Shown in pieces: positions 27,050 through 38,065 of a stretch of DNA of 64,000 nucleotides. Source of the DNA: a virus; IMG/VR virus record IMGVR_UViG_3300017963_000011, positions 1 to 64,000 of that record; one strand, given 5' to 3'. The notes under the pieces are model-generated. The model worked only from the letters and a program-made list of their open reading frames with translations, ran no database searches and was not told where the DNA came from. Each line of letters begins with the position of its first letter. The stretch's first letter is position 1. A program made the position numbers and the translations under genes.

Positions 27050-27705
27050 TGGCGAACTTCATCGCAAATGTTGGCCAGCGTGGAATGCGCATGATCATCG
27101 AGGGTGCGCAACCCGATGAAGCTAACGCCATCATTGCGGCCATTCGTAGAAAGCTCAAGAACGTAAAGCCAGTTTTCGTTAGCTGGAAGGACGAGTTTCA
27201 GAAAACAGTATCTCGTCGCTTTGATGCTGATGGAGGTAAGAAGAATTGGGTCGACCTTAGCCGGTTCTCTACTTGGCCTCTGCGTTCTTTCAGAGATATC
27301 ACCAGGGTGAAGGATAACGGCGGCCCCCGTTACGGTGGGTCTCCAATTCAGATCTTACGTTCCAGATTTGAAGATTACAAGCGCTCCTGGACGCAGGACA
27401 ATCACCCTCAACTGTCTGTCGTTTACCAGCCCGACGCTTCCGGTTCACAGGGCGCTCACATGAACATAGCGAATGCGAGTGCAAAGACAACCCATGAAGA
27501 TGGGATCAAGAGCGTCGGCGGGCCTCTTGGTTTTCGAGGCAAGAAGGTTCCGAAGAGGCCGGCCACATGGCTCAAAGGCGATAGTCGCCTATTGAGCAAG
27601 CTCATGAAGATATTCGACGAATTCATCATGGATGGCATTCGACCAGCAGCCCAGCAACGGGCGCCACGCAGAGGCGTCATCGGCATCAACCTAATGGGAA
27701 CATAA
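27049..27705 (+). CDS. Virion morphogenesis/tail completion protein (Mu gpG-like)
   Basis: RRF..DG...W..LS...VPKRP pattern; position. Confidence 0.6.
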   Translation: MANFIANVGQRGMRMIIEGAQPDEANAIIAAIRRKLKNVKPVFVSWKDEFQKTVSRRFDADGGKKNWVDLSRFSTWPLRSFRDITRVKDNGGPRYGGSPIQILRSRFEDYKRSWTQDNHPQLSVVYQPDASGSQGAHMNIANASAKTTHEDGIKSVGGPLGFRGKKVPKRPATWLKGDSRLLSKLMKIFDEFIMDGIRPAAQQRAPRRGVIGINLMGT

Positions 27706-27706
27706 A

Positions 27707-28159
27707 ATGGGCAGAAGGTTCGCGATACTTGAAAACATGGTAGATTCTCTCAAGCTGATCAAGAAGGATGATGAAGTCCAGAAGTTCGGCGGCGAGGGAA
27801 CTCACCAGTATTCTCATACGCCAGGGGAAGTGAGCTTAGACTTTGACGAGTGGGCTCACGTCCGTTACTTTCCCGCCATTTTCGTCAATAGCCAAGCACA
27901 GTCGTTCGAGGGAAATCCTGGGAGATATTACAAATCTACTTGGGATATACTCGTTACAATTTACGTCAAGAATAACGAGGATCTTGAAGAGATTCTTTCT
28001 GATGTAATCGACGACGTGGTGGTAGCGCTACACCAAGATGTGAAGCGCGGGGGCAACGCAGTTGCTACCTATCTTTCAAGAGCAGAGATCGAGTCAAGAT
28101 TTCGGCCATACGGTATGGCCGAACTTACGTTCACCGTTACGTATCACTTTGGCGTTTGA
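27707..28159 (+). CDS. Tail terminator-like protein
   Basis: FPAIFV, size and position before tail tube. Confidence 0.65.
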   Translation: MGRRFAILENMVDSLKLIKKDDEVQKFGGEGTHQYSHTPGEVSLDFDEWAHVRYFPAIFVNSQAQSFEGNPGRYYKSTWDILVTIYVKNNEDLEEILSDVIDDVVVALHQDVKRGGNAVATYLSRAEIESRFRPYGMAELTFTVTYHFGV

Positions 28160-28174
28160 GAGAAGAGGTGAGGA

Positions 28175-29701
28175 ATGCCCGGTATCCCCGATATCGCACT
28201 CGGCGCTGACGAACTACTGTACGTCACCGAGGAGACCACATTCGGAGTGTGGGCTCGGCCGGTTGCTGGCGATGCCGTCAGAGTGCGCGAGATCGGTTTC
28301 ACGCGTTCCCAGGAGCGTGTGACCCGAGACGACAAACTGGCGACACGATCGCACACCGAGCGCATCACTCGCAAGAAGTCCGTGGAGTGGAACGTCACAG
28401 CGTATCTCGTGCCCTCTGGCATCGATCCGTCCGTCACAGCCACTCCTCCAGACGCTGGCGTGCTTCTCAAGGCTCTCTTCGGAGCCGAGACAGTCAATGC
28501 CGGCGTGGATGTTCAGTACACGCTCGTGCGCAATCAGAACATCTCGTTGACTCTGCACAGGATCTGCGATCACTTTGCGGAGTCTCTCACAGGTTGCGTA
28601 CCCAACGAGGCGACGATCTCCTGGTCCGGGACAGACGAGCCGACCCTCGAACTCACGGGCTTTGGCAAGGAATGGGTCATCACCGCATCGCACATCACGG
28701 GCGAGGCGGCGACCATCACCGGCACAACGCTCAAGATCCCGAGGGCCGATGACGTCTGTGATGTCAACTCCGTTGTGGCTTTCATCAGCGGTGGCACGCA
28801 GTACGACAACAGCGGCAATGGCTACCACATTTCCGCAGTGACAGCCGGTGGCTGGCCAAGCCCCGTCATCAACTCCGGTGTCAACGACCAAATCGATTTC
28901 GACGAGGGCTCGGGCACGCTCAGTGCCATCCTGACCGCCGATACCTACGTCTCGTTCACGCAATTGGCCAACGAGATCAAGACGAGGATGGAACTGGTCG
29001 GCAGTGACACCTATACTGTGACCTGGGACGCCGACACGGAGAAGATCACGATCTCGTCGGACGGCACTTCGCTGGACATCGATTGGGCCACGGGCACCAA
29101 TACAGCAGGTCCGACTCTTGGTTTCACCGCAGACGACACAGGTGCCCTGAGCTACACAGCCGACGAGTCTTTGACAACGGGTGAGATCACCACGGACGAG
29201 AGCGGTGGCTGGGAAGCTGCTTTCGTAAGCGGTGCCGAGATTATCCCGTTCTTCCCGGCCCCGACCGTCCAGGGTTCCCCAGAGAACTCGATCCTCGGTG
29301 GTGTGCAGATCGACGGATCACTCGATCTCAACACGACAGAGGGAAGCATCGAATACAACGGGAACATGGAAGCTCGGAACGACATCTTCGGAGAAGAGTC
29401 GGCCATCGGTTTCTCGGTTTCCGGTCGCCGCGAGGTCAGTGCGACCATGACGGCATACCTCCAAGAGCAGTACGCCAGGGAGGTCAAGGACTTCAATCGT
29501 TTTCAGAACCAGCACAACGTGGTGGTCACATTCGGCTCGACAGCCGGGCAGATCATGGAAGTGCATCTGCCCGAGTTCGAGTTCGACAACGTGCCTTTCA
29601 CAGTGCCCGAACAGGAAGAAGCCACGGTCGACTTCACAGGCATGGCTCTCGACACGAGCGGTCCCCCGTTCGAGAACGAGATCTACATCGTTTTCAAGTA
29701 G
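28175..29701 (+). CDS. Major tail tube protein with inserted accessory domain
   Basis: EETTFG, LLKALFG, GRREVS motifs; insertion at about 28868-29164. Confidence 0.8.
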   Translation: MPGIPDIALGADELLYVTEETTFGVWARPVAGDAVRVREIGFTRSQERVTRDDKLATRSHTERITRKKSVEWNVTAYLVPSGIDPSVTATPPDAGVLLKALFGAETVNAGVDVQYTLVRNQNISLTLHRICDHFAESLTGCVPNEATISWSGTDEPTLELTGFGKEWVITASHITGEAATITGTTLKIPRADDVCDVNSVVAFISGGTQYDNSGNGYHISAVTAGGWPSPVINSGVNDQIDFDEGSGTLSAILTADTYVSFTQLANEIKTRMELVGSDTYTVTWDADTEKITISSDGTSLDIDWATGTNTAGPTLGFTADDTGALSYTADESLTTGEITTDESGGWEAAFVSGAEIIPFFPAPTVQGSPENSILGGVQIDGSLDLNTTEGSIEYNGNMEARNDIFGEESAIGFSVSGRREVSATMTAYLQEQYAREVKDFNRFQNQHNVVVTFGSTAGQIMEVHLPEFEFDNVPFTVPEQEEATVDFTGMALDTSGPPFENEIYIVFK

Positions 29702-29767
29702 ACCGGGGCGGATTTGGATATCACCGGATCTACGTGGTAGCGCTACCACGAGACGAAGGGAGTACCA

Positions 29768-30169
29768 ATGAAATTCACGACGCACAAGGCAGCCAGTGGT
29801 CAGGATTGGACCGTGTATGTTCCCGACTTTGCGAACAATCGAAGTCTCCCGCCCGAGGAGATGGTTTCGTGCGAGGTCCATTTCCTGAACTACAAGGACG
29901 CGCAGAAGTACCGCCGCAACTACACGGTCAAGGGCAAGAGTCTCCGCAAGGGTCTCAAGTTCGATATGGCCGAGGCCGCCGACAAGATCTTCTGCGAGAA
30001 CGTTCGCAACTTCAAGAACGTCGAGATCAACGACAGGGTGATCACCGATCCAGAGGACATCCTCAAGCTCGCCGAGGGAGATCTCGTCGACATGATCGAG
30101 GACATCAACGAAGCGATCGAGGACTCCTCGCACCTGCAAGAGGGTGATATAAAAAACTTCGTTGCATAG
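29768..30169 (+). CDS. Tail assembly chaperone (gpG-like)
   Basis: Between tube and tape measure; ends at slippery A AAA AAC. Confidence 0.8.
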   Translation: MKFTTHKAASGQDWTVYVPDFANNRSLPPEEMVSCEVHFLNYKDAQKYRRNYTVKGKSLRKGLKFDMAEAADKIFCENVRNFKNVEINDRVITDPEDILKLAEGDLVDMIEDINEAIEDSSHLQEGDIKNFVA

Positions 30170-30591
30170 TCTTCTTTCACTTGAACCACGATTCCAAGAA
30201 ATGGGATTGTGACGAGTGTACAGAGGACCAGAAAAGGAGGAGGAACTGTGAAGGAGATCCAGAACGGACGGACTTCCAGTTCCTTTTCCACAACGGAGAT
30301 CCGAAGACCCTCATTCATCAATGTCCACGATCTTTCATTGACCCGGAGATGGAGTGGTATTTCGATCAGTTCACCCTCGGGCAGTTGCTTGAAATGCCAC
30401 CTTACTCAGTCGGCTTTATGGATATGCCTAATAAGATGGTAGAGGCTTTTGCTTCTATTAACGAGGCTATTCGCTGGGATGCTAAGAGGCGTGAAGAAAA
30501 AGAAAAGCGCAAAGCCAAGAAAGAGCAGGCTGAGTTAACAGCGATGAAACGAAGATTGGGGCATAAGCGTGGCCGCCACCGAAGAAGTTAG
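30151..30591 (+). CDS. Tail assembly chaperone frameshift extension (gpGT-like)
   Basis: -1 frame is open from heptamer 30151-30157 into ORF 30181..30591. Confidence 0.75.
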   Translation, partial: KKLRCIVFFHLNHDSKKWDCDECTEDQKRRRNCEGDPERTDFQFLFHNGDPKTLIHQCPRSFIDPEMEWYFDQFTLGQLLEMPPYSVGFMDMPNKMVEAFASINEAIRWDAKRREEKEKRKAKKEQAELTAMKRRLGHKRGRHRRS

Positions 30592-33500
30592 AAGAAGATA
30601 TACGCTCCAGTTCAGGGTGCTTAATGCAGCCGAGGGAGATCTCAAAAAGATCGTTTCGGCCTTTGGGCGTAACTTCGGTGCAATCGGCCGCCTCGTTGGT
30701 TCAGTGGTGATGGGTATTGGCGGTGCGTTTGCCGGTTTGTTGCACCCGGTCCTGGCCATCGTCAATACCATCGCCAACGTCTTCAAGGCAGTGACGCAAG
30801 CCTTCCGCATGGCCTGGGCGGCGGTATCCAAACTGATTGAGATAGTCAAGCAAGCCATCCAGATAGGAAAGGCTTGGCAAGACTCAATCACACTTGTCTC
30901 AGTGGCAACAGGAAAAGGCGCGGAAGTCTTCGAGGAGTTGTCGCTAAAGGTAGCCGCGCTTGGCATTGGCGCACGGCAAGCCGCCAAGGGCTTCGAGGTT
31001 CTCGTGCGCGCCGGTCTTACTGGAACACAAGCTGTTGAGGTCTTTACGGACCTGGCATTGTTCTCTCGTGCTATTGGCGTCGAGATGAGGAGAACATCTC
31101 AGATCCTCGTTGGTGCCATGGCAGCTTTCAGAAAGAAGGCCAGTGACGCGGCAGATGTTCTCAAAGTATTCTCGTTTGCAATCTTGCGAACGCGTTTCAA
31201 CTTCGAGACGTTCAGTACAGCATTCGCTTTCGGTGGCGCAGCCGCCGCAGGTTTTGGTCAGGATCTCACTGAGACAGTTGCGATCATGACCAAGTTCTTT
31301 GACATGGGCCTCCGTGCTTCTACGGTTGGTACAACGATGAGAAACATGCTCACTCGTCTGGCCAAGCCTACCCGCGAAGCCCAGATTGCGCTTGCTCAGT
31401 ACGGCATTGCGATTGAGAATGTAAATCCAGCAACGAACAAGCTGAAAGACATTCTCAAAACACTCATCCCGCTTCAGGGAGATCTCGCAGCGGCTACGAC
31501 TTTGTTCGGTCGCCGCACGGCTGGTTTCATTGTCAACCTTCTCAAGGAACTCACTAAGAATGGGAAGGCAATCGAGGATGTCATCGAAGACATCAATAAA
31601 TCCGGCGATCTCATTACAGAGGCGATGCAGAAGAGGCTTCAGACTCTATCTGGACAGATGGATCGCTTTGGTGCTCTTTGGGAGAACTTTCGCGTAGATG
31701 TTTTCAGAGCGGTTGAACCTATTGCTCGCGCGATTGTGCAAACTCTCGGAGATGCCTTGTCAGAACTGAGAGATAACTTCAGAGCGGCGGCACCATTCAT
31801 TACAATTTTTCTTAGCGCTATGAAGAGTATCGGAGATGATCTGATCTTCAGGCACATCCGAGACTTCCTAGATTTCTTTGGCAAGATAATGGACGCTGCC
31901 ACGCGCGGTGCTTTTAATTTCAATGCGCAGATGAAAAGCCAGACAACGATCCTTGGAAAGTTGACAGTGCCTCTCAAGGCTGCGGCTACACTTGTTGCTC
32001 AACTGGCGCTTGGTTGGAGATTGGCGACAGCGGCTGGTAAGGCCATGAGTAAACAGGGGTTCATTCTTTCAATGATCATGGGCAATGCCGAAGATCGCGC
32101 ATTGGCCATGGCCGATGCGGTTGGTGATGAAAAAGGTCTGACACTTCAAATCACAAATTTCTTAGCTTCTCTTGCTGGATTGAAGGTACGTATAAACGAG
32201 TCGTTCGATACTGGACAGATTGAACGATTGCGTAAAGAAGCTAAAGAGATGATTGAGCAGATGAATGCCAGCGGCGCTGGCATCAAAAATAACATGGACA
32301 AGGCGAACATAGCCATGGTCAAGTTGACCAAAACGGCCGGTACATTGCTCATAGATCTCAAGAAGGCGTCTTCCGAAGGGTTTGGTTCCTTTATTAAAAA
32401 GGTAAACGAGATTCGACAGAAGTTCGGCCCTGCCCTCGCAGGCATGTTCAGAGAAGCGGGCGAAGCGTTTGCTCGTGGAGAAAACATTAGCAAGATGATG
32501 CAGGCCATTAGAGACAAGATGGCTCAGGAAGAGAGTGTCCTCGGGATCTTCTTCGGACAAGGGCCGGGCGAGAGGAATAAGATCATACGCGATGCTGTAA
32601 GGCTTGGCGATGATGTTGTTGAACGTGTTGGTAAGACTTTGATCAATCGACCGAGTGTTCTTGTTGGTGCGCTCATCGGAAGTAAAAGGATCACGCCAGC
32701 GCAGAGAAATCAAGTTGAACAGCTTGTCGGTCGCGTTCTTGATCCGTTCCTCCGGGCCGTGAAAGAAAGTGAAGAAGAGTATCTTGCGTCTCCAGCCGAG
32801 GCCATTCAAGACGCACTGCCTCAACTCAAGGACGCTTTGCAGACTGTCATTCCAGAAGTCGATACACTGCTCAAGAGTTTCACCAAGATGGATACAGCAT
32901 CGCAACAAGTCTTCGAGACATGGAGAAAGTTCAATAGCCAGATTGCGCTCGAACTCATCGATCATCTCGATGCACAGCGCAAGGCTTTGAAGCCAGATGA
33001 ATGGCTCAGGTACGCGCGCAATTTGAAACTTGCTGGTGGCGAAGTAGTGAAGGCCGAGGCAGCAATCAAGAAGCTCTCGGATGTGATGCGCGACAGGTAC
33101 ACTAAGGAACTCAGCAATGCTGTGAGTGAACTGAAGAAGCAGCCTGTTGAACTTCGCAACGTGACTAAGACGATTAACGAGAAAGCGGCGGCAGTGCTCA
33201 AGGCTGAACAAGCCTGGAAGTCTCTGGATCAGGGGTTGCGCACAGAGGTCTTGGCAACGTTCCGCGAGTTGACGGCTAAGATGACAGCCACTGAAATCAA
33301 GCTCTATTCGCAAGAGTTGGTTCAGGCAGCACAGGCCGAGAAGGAATGGGCCAAGGCTATGTCAAGCCGGCAGGCTGAGATTGACAAGGCCGCTGGTCAG
33401 TTCAAAACCACGTTCAAAAATCTCTACGGTCCTCTTTATGCGCAGCTTATTACAGATAAGCAACTCATGGATATGAAGGAGCACCAGGCGTGGATAGAGG

Positions 33501-34132
33501 ATCTTACAGAAAAGGAAAGGCTCTGGAACGAGTACGTAACCGAGAGTAAAGCTCTATACAGTGACTGGCTCTACAGTATGAGCGCAGAGATGCGCCTTGC
33601 TACGAATGCCATGTTCGGGGGACTCAAGAGAGCTATCTCGGCTGTAGCTAGAGCATTCGTGGATAGTTCATTCGATCTCAAGAAGAGTCTACGTCAAATC
33701 GCCAAGGACGTTCTCGCGATGCTTTTGGAGATCATTATCCAGGCCACGATTGTCAAAGCCTTGTTCAAAGGGATATTCGGGGCATCGCGCGGAGCCGACA
33801 TCTTCTTCGGTGTCTTTGGATTCCAGCGAGGGACAGCCCTGCGAGGGGCAGCAGGAAGCACTGACACGGTGCCAGCGCTTCTCACGCCAGGAGAGATCGT
33901 ACTCGATAAGAACGCGTCTGATGCGTTCCGTGAGATGATAGGTGGCGGTGGCCGCCCGGTTGGCAATACCAACATCTTCGAGATCCATGCGATGGACGGT
34001 GCCAGTGTCAAACGCGTGGTCAACAAGGAAGTCGTGCCGCTTCTCAATCGCCAGCTAAGAACGAACACCGGCATAGCGCCAGATGTGCGCATGCGATCTG
34101 CGAAGACATTGTATAAGAAGGGAATTCGCTAA
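30569..34132 (+). CDS. Tape measure protein
   Basis: 1187 aa, Ala-rich helical; TP901-like core; DTVPALLTPGEIVL near C-terminus. Confidence 0.93.
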   Translation: MAATEEVRRRYTLQFRVLNAAEGDLKKIVSAFGRNFGAIGRLVGSVVMGIGGAFAGLLHPVLAIVNTIANVFKAVTQAFRMAWAAVSKLIEIVKQAIQIGKAWQDSITLVSVATGKGAEVFEELSLKVAALGIGARQAAKGFEVLVRAGLTGTQAVEVFTDLALFSRAIGVEMRRTSQILVGAMAAFRKKASDAADVLKVFSFAILRTRFNFETFSTAFAFGGAAAAGFGQDLTETVAIMTKFFDMGLRASTVGTTMRNMLTRLAKPTREAQIALAQYGIAIENVNPATNKLKDILKTLIPLQGDLAAATTLFGRRTAGFIVNLLKELTKNGKAIEDVIEDINKSGDLITEAMQKRLQTLSGQMDRFGALWENFRVDVFRAVEPIARAIVQTLGDALSELRDNFRAAAPFITIFLSAMKSIGDDLIFRHIRDFLDFFGKIMDAATRGAFNFNAQMKSQTTILGKLTVPLKAAATLVAQLALGWRLATAAGKAMSKQGFILSMIMGNAEDRALAMADAVGDEKGLTLQITNFLASLAGLKVRINESFDTGQIERLRKEAKEMIEQMNASGAGIKNNMDKANIAMVKLTKTAGTLLIDLKKASSEGFGSFIKKVNEIRQKFGPALAGMFREAGEAFARGENISKMMQAIRDKMAQEESVLGIFFGQGPGERNKIIRDAVRLGDDVVERVGKTLINRPSVLVGALIGSKRITPAQRNQVEQLVGRVLDPFLRAVKESEEEYLASPAEAIQDALPQLKDALQTVIPEVDTLLKSFTKMDTASQQVFETWRKFNSQIALELIDHLDAQRKALKPDEWLRYARNLKLAGGEVVKAEAAIKKLSDVMRDRYTKELSNAVSELKKQPVELRNVTKTINEKAAAVLKAEQAWKSLDQGLRTEVLATFRELTAKMTATEIKLYSQELVQAAQAEKEWAKAMSSRQAEIDKAAGQFKTTFKNLYGPLYAQLITDKQLMDMKEHQAWIEDLTEKERLWNEYVTESKALYSDWLYSMSAEMRLATNAMFGGLKRAISAVARAFVDSSFDLKKSLRQIAKDVLAMLLEIIIQATIVKALFKGIFGASRGADIFFGVFGFQRGTALRGAAGSTDTVPALLTPGEIVLDKNASDAFREMIGGGGRPVGNTNIFEIHAMDGASVKRVVNKEVVPLLNRQLRTNTGIAPDVRMRSAKTLYKKGIR

Positions 34133-34932
34133 TGGGCATCGGCTACATCATCGATACTCCAGGCATAGCCCAGGGCGAAAATTACATAGGGCTTGCTACA
34201 TTCACTGGTACGAATTTTTCAGCAGCCAACGCACTCAAGCTCTACAATCAGAGACAGTCTTCAATCGGGCAAGCGTCTGCCAAGACTGGCATCGTATTGA
34301 GCTATGACCTCGCTGCTGCTCGCGATGTGCAGATGTTTGCCATGCTGGGGCATGGGTTTTCCTCTGGGGCTACTCTCACACTTCAGGGAGACGATGATCC
34401 AGCCTTCGGTTCTCCCGGCGTGAACCTTTCTCTCACCTGGAATGAACACCAGATCGTAGTGTATTGGAGTGCAGCACAGACGTACAGATACTGGCGCTTG
34501 CTCGCATCTGACTCTGGGAATGCAAACCTTCCGTGGATTGGCGAACTCATCCTCGGCGAACCTGTCTTTTTCACGCACCCTTGTGCCTGGGATCTTGGAG
34601 AAACTTTCCTCTTTAATAATGCAGTCCATGACAGCGATTATGGAGTCTCGTGGCGCTTCAAGAAAACTGAGCAACGCGCCTATACAAACCTGAACTTCTC
34701 GCAGCGGCCGGATGCAGAGGTCGCAGAGCTTACCGACCTGATCAAAGTGACAGACGGATCTCTCATTCCGCTCATCATGTTTCTTGATGAGACCGAGCCG
34801 AACGAATCAATTTACGGACACTTGCAGGATGAGTTTACGCGGCAGTTTCACTTTCTTGAATGGAACAACTTCATGGGTCTTCAGCTTGTCGAACAACCGA
34901 GAGCCAACATGATCAAGGTGGCGAGCTTCTAA
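34132..34932 (+). CDS. Distal tail-like protein
   Basis: Follows TMP; YRYWRL..IGELILG. Confidence 0.6.
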   Translation: MGIGYIIDTPGIAQGENYIGLATFTGTNFSAANALKLYNQRQSSIGQASAKTGIVLSYDLAAARDVQMFAMLGHGFSSGATLTLQGDDDPAFGSPGVNLSLTWNEHQIVVYWSAAQTYRYWRLLASDSGNANLPWIGELILGEPVFFTHPCAWDLGETFLFNNAVHDSDYGVSWRFKKTEQRAYTNLNFSQRPDAEVAELTDLIKVTDGSLIPLIMFLDETEPNESIYGHLQDEFTRQFHFLEWNNFMGLQLVEQPRANMIKVASF

Positions 34933-37796
34933 TGGCCACTAAGCTACTCGACGGTTTCAGATACGCAGACCAGTACAGCGCCATAAATGGCGATACGTCT
35001 GGTCTCGTCATCGTTACCACGCCAACCGTCGATGGCAATGGATCATTGAGCTTCCAGCGTAGCGCTACCACGGAAGACTCGGCAGGCGTGAAGAAAGCCT
35101 TCACGCCATACCTGGATGTCTCTAAGTACGCCAATCTCAAAGTCTACGCCTACATTGAAGCGGCTGACTTGGCAGATATTGAGTATTTCGATATCATCGC
35201 TAACAGCGGTGGCCTGGAGCCTTACAAAGCCTATGAGGCTCAATATGAGGCGGCTGTTCTGCCGACTTCATTTCCGACGTATCCGTTCACGCGGGTGGCC
35301 AACGGGACATACACGGAGAACATCAACAGTGGCGTTCTCGAACTGACTACGGGCTCTGGCCTCTTCTCCGATCAGGTCTACTACACCAGGGACATGTCGG
35401 TCGACTGGCTTACACCATCGAGCGACAAGTGGCTCTATGTCAAGCATCGTTGCAAGATGCCTGTTGGAGCGCCTACGACTAGCGGTGCATCGTTTGCCAT
35501 GATCGAGGCAAACTATCGTGGCAAGCTCGTTGATCTTGAGCTTGGCGACGGCTTGATCCGTTGGAACTCTGGTGCCGGCAGTTATGGAGTCGACACGACA
35601 ACCGACTTCATCGACATAGAGATTTTCATCCATGAAACAACAGGCGATTTCATTCTCCTTGTGGATGGTGCAGTGGCCACCACTGGAACCGCAATCACTT
35701 CCGCCACAAGCTGGCTCCGGTTCGGAATTCAGTATCACAATCCTGGGTTCGCAGGGATGGCTGAGTGGGAGCATGTTCGTTGGGCAAGGCTAGACGACGC
35801 CGCTTCTTTCGCTGTCTATAGAATACCGAAGGCTGACTTTGTAGATGTCAACGGGGACGCGTTTGTTGGTGATGCCTGGGCGATGCTCGGGTTTTCTCCT
35901 CGTCTCCCGACGTTCCAGATAGGTACACCGGATCTCGAAGAGGTTGCTGAGTACGGCTACCGCATGATCTTTCCGGCACACACAGCCACTCCTACGATCA
36001 AGCTGGACTCTTTGGAAGCTGAGACTCCAATCCTCTATTATGAGGAACCCGTAGTCACTGGAACATGGGAAATTGACAACGAGATCATCGAGCCTTTCAC
36101 AGGAACCGTAATAGACAGCCTGAATGATCCTGGCGCGTGGACAGGTTCGGGCGGCGCTGGGACACTCGCGCTCGATGGCGCCTACACTCTGGTAGGCGGG
36201 AGCGCTTTGCTTGTTCCTAAGACGGCAGGATTTGACGCTGCGCTGATCAGTCGAGCGATCGATAGTCAGAACTTCGGCGATTACGATTTCGTTCAGCCGG
36301 AGTTCTACATTGAGGCGTCAGAAGTCAGTAAACTTCGTGGCATCTTCCTCTACTTGTGCAACGATGTCTCGAACTATGCCACGTACTACTTCGGAAACAA
36401 CATCTTCGATACGTTCGAGGCAATCACGCCATGGACACCGGACGTGAACGCTTCGGTGGCTCTGGACACCGTACATGTAATAGAAGGAAGCAAGTCGGTC
36501 AAGCTGACCAACGACTCTGCCGGCCCGGCTGTTTATACTGGCGCGTCGAGAACGTATGATCCGTTTGCGCTTTATGCGCCACTCTTCTATACGTTCTATC
36601 TTACGACGGCAGAGGCAGCGAATCTAACGAATTTCAAGATCACCTTTACCGATGGCGGTGGAACTACATATTGGGAGTTCAGTTCTTTCTCGGCGGGGTG
36701 GAACCGTTTTGAAATCAACTCTACCAATTTCACTGGCCAGACCGGGACTCCAACGCTCACAAACATCACGCAAGTTGACATTGAGATCAAGACTTCTACA
36801 ACTGGCATCTCGATATACCTCGATAACTCGCGTTTCAGCATTCCCTGGAACGATATCCAGGAAGGATGGAACAGAGGCTTCTTCAAAGTCAAAGATCCAG
36901 CGTACACACTTGGCACGGTTGACTATACGGCCATTGATCTAGTCTACCTCAAGTATGTGACTTTCCAGGAAGAGGCAATTTCAACATTCAGGTGGGACAG
37001 TCTCTCTCGCTTCAGCAATCTCGTGATTGACAATGCAGTCAAGGTCTTCCTTGACTATTCAGATTTCGTAGACAGCCCTAGCAGCCTCAAGTTTGATAAG
37101 CTGTTCGGGGAACTCTATGGTGGAGCGTTTCGCGATTATGCAGTGACGAGAGACTATAACGTATTCGACAAGCTCGCCGCACGCTTCAAGATTAGCCAGG
37201 ATGACGTTGACCGAGTTGACAAGTTCCAAGTAATCCTGGACGAGACGAACAAGTATGAGAAGTTCAGGGCGTTCACGCAATGGACCAAACGCTATGATGG
37301 ATCATACTTGCCAGCGTTTGTGTATGGCACCCTCATGGAGGACTTTGAGACAATAGGTGACTTCACTCCAGGTGCCGACACGGCTCTCTCAGCAAACACA
37401 ACGCAGTTCACAGAAGGCACACAATCTGTCAAGGCTGATTACTCGGGCGCTGGTGGTGAAGCTCTAACTGAGAAGAACTACACATCCGGTCTTGACTTCA
37501 CAGGACAGACCGCTGTTGATTTCTATATCCCAGCCGGGATGATAGGCAACATCAACTCGGTTAGCGTTCGTCTGTGGGAAGGCAGCGACTACAGCCAATA
37601 CGATTATCAGCTTTCGTTTATCGGAGGCTGGCAGACATTGAGTTTCAACCCGAACTTGCCAGATTACGAGAGCGCCTCTGGACTGACGCGTGAAAGCGTG
37701 ACAAAGGTTACTTGGCTTTACGATGCTACCACGGTTGTCACCGGATTTTCGTGGGATAATATGCGAATGTCCGATTGGGCATTGGTGTTTCCGTAG
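34932..37796 (+). CDS. Large tail protein with repeated jelly-roll/CBM-like modules
   Basis: Start re-called at TAATG; repeated D..W....L.LD....EG..S.K and GWN motifs. Confidence 0.65.
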   Translation: MATKLLDGFRYADQYSAINGDTSGLVIVTTPTVDGNGSLSFQRSATTEDSAGVKKAFTPYLDVSKYANLKVYAYIEAADLADIEYFDIIANSGGLEPYKAYEAQYEAAVLPTSFPTYPFTRVANGTYTENINSGVLELTTGSGLFSDQVYYTRDMSVDWLTPSSDKWLYVKHRCKMPVGAPTTSGASFAMIEANYRGKLVDLELGDGLIRWNSGAGSYGVDTTTDFIDIEIFIHETTGDFILLVDGAVATTGTAITSATSWLRFGIQYHNPGFAGMAEWEHVRWARLDDAASFAVYRIPKADFVDVNGDAFVGDAWAMLGFSPRLPTFQIGTPDLEEVAEYGYRMIFPAHTATPTIKLDSLEAETPILYYEEPVVTGTWEIDNEIIEPFTGTVIDSLNDPGAWTGSGGAGTLALDGAYTLVGGSALLVPKTAGFDAALISRAIDSQNFGDYDFVQPEFYIEASEVSKLRGIFLYLCNDVSNYATYYFGNNIFDTFEAITPWTPDVNASVALDTVHVIEGSKSVKLTNDSAGPAVYTGASRTYDPFALYAPLFYTFYLTTAEAANLTNFKITFTDGGGTTYWEFSSFSAGWNRFEINSTNFTGQTGTPTLTNITQVDIEIKTSTTGISIYLDNSRFSIPWNDIQEGWNRGFFKVKDPAYTLGTVDYTAIDLVYLKYVTFQEEAISTFRWDSLSRFSNLVIDNAVKVFLDYSDFVDSPSSLKFDKLFGELYGGAFRDYAVTRDYNVFDKLAARFKISQDDVDRVDKFQVILDETNKYEKFRAFTQWTKRYDGSYLPAFVYGTLMEDFETIGDFTPGADTALSANTTQFTEGTQSVKADYSGAGGEALTEKNYTSGLDFTGQTAVDFYIPAGMIGNINSVSVRLWEGSDYSQYDYQLSFIGGWQTLSFNPNLPDYESASGLTRESVTKVTWLYDATTVVTGFSWDNMRMSDWALVFP

Positions 37797-37805
37797 GAGG
37801 TTGAG

Positions 37806-38054
37806 ATGGCATTCTGGTTTGTGACATACAACGGTCACAATGGAGAAATTCATTCCTGCGAAGCCAGGGATGGGGCTTTCGACGAAGAGACCCTCACGAG
37901 AGAGTTTGATACCAGCGGGCCGCCAAACTGGACGCCATCGTACATACCTCTTGAGATTGACGAGACGACGTACAACACGGTATCGGCCAATCCAGAGGGG
38001 TACAAGGTCGATTTCGGAGATACCGAAACTCTTCCATCGGTAGTCCCCGTATAG
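37806..38054 (+). CDS. Small tail-associated protein
   Basis: AGGAGG RBS. Confidence 0.7.
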   Translation: MAFWFVTYNGHNGEIHSCEARDGAFDEETLTREFDTSGPPNWTPSYIPLEIDETTYNTVSANPEGYKVDFGDTETLPSVVPV

Positions 38055-38065
38055 GAGGTTAGAGA

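Noticed and set aside
28175-29701. Contractile tail sheath call for the 508 aa protein
   Set aside because: Size is explained by an inserted domain; no separate tube gene or baseplate J/wedge genes recognised
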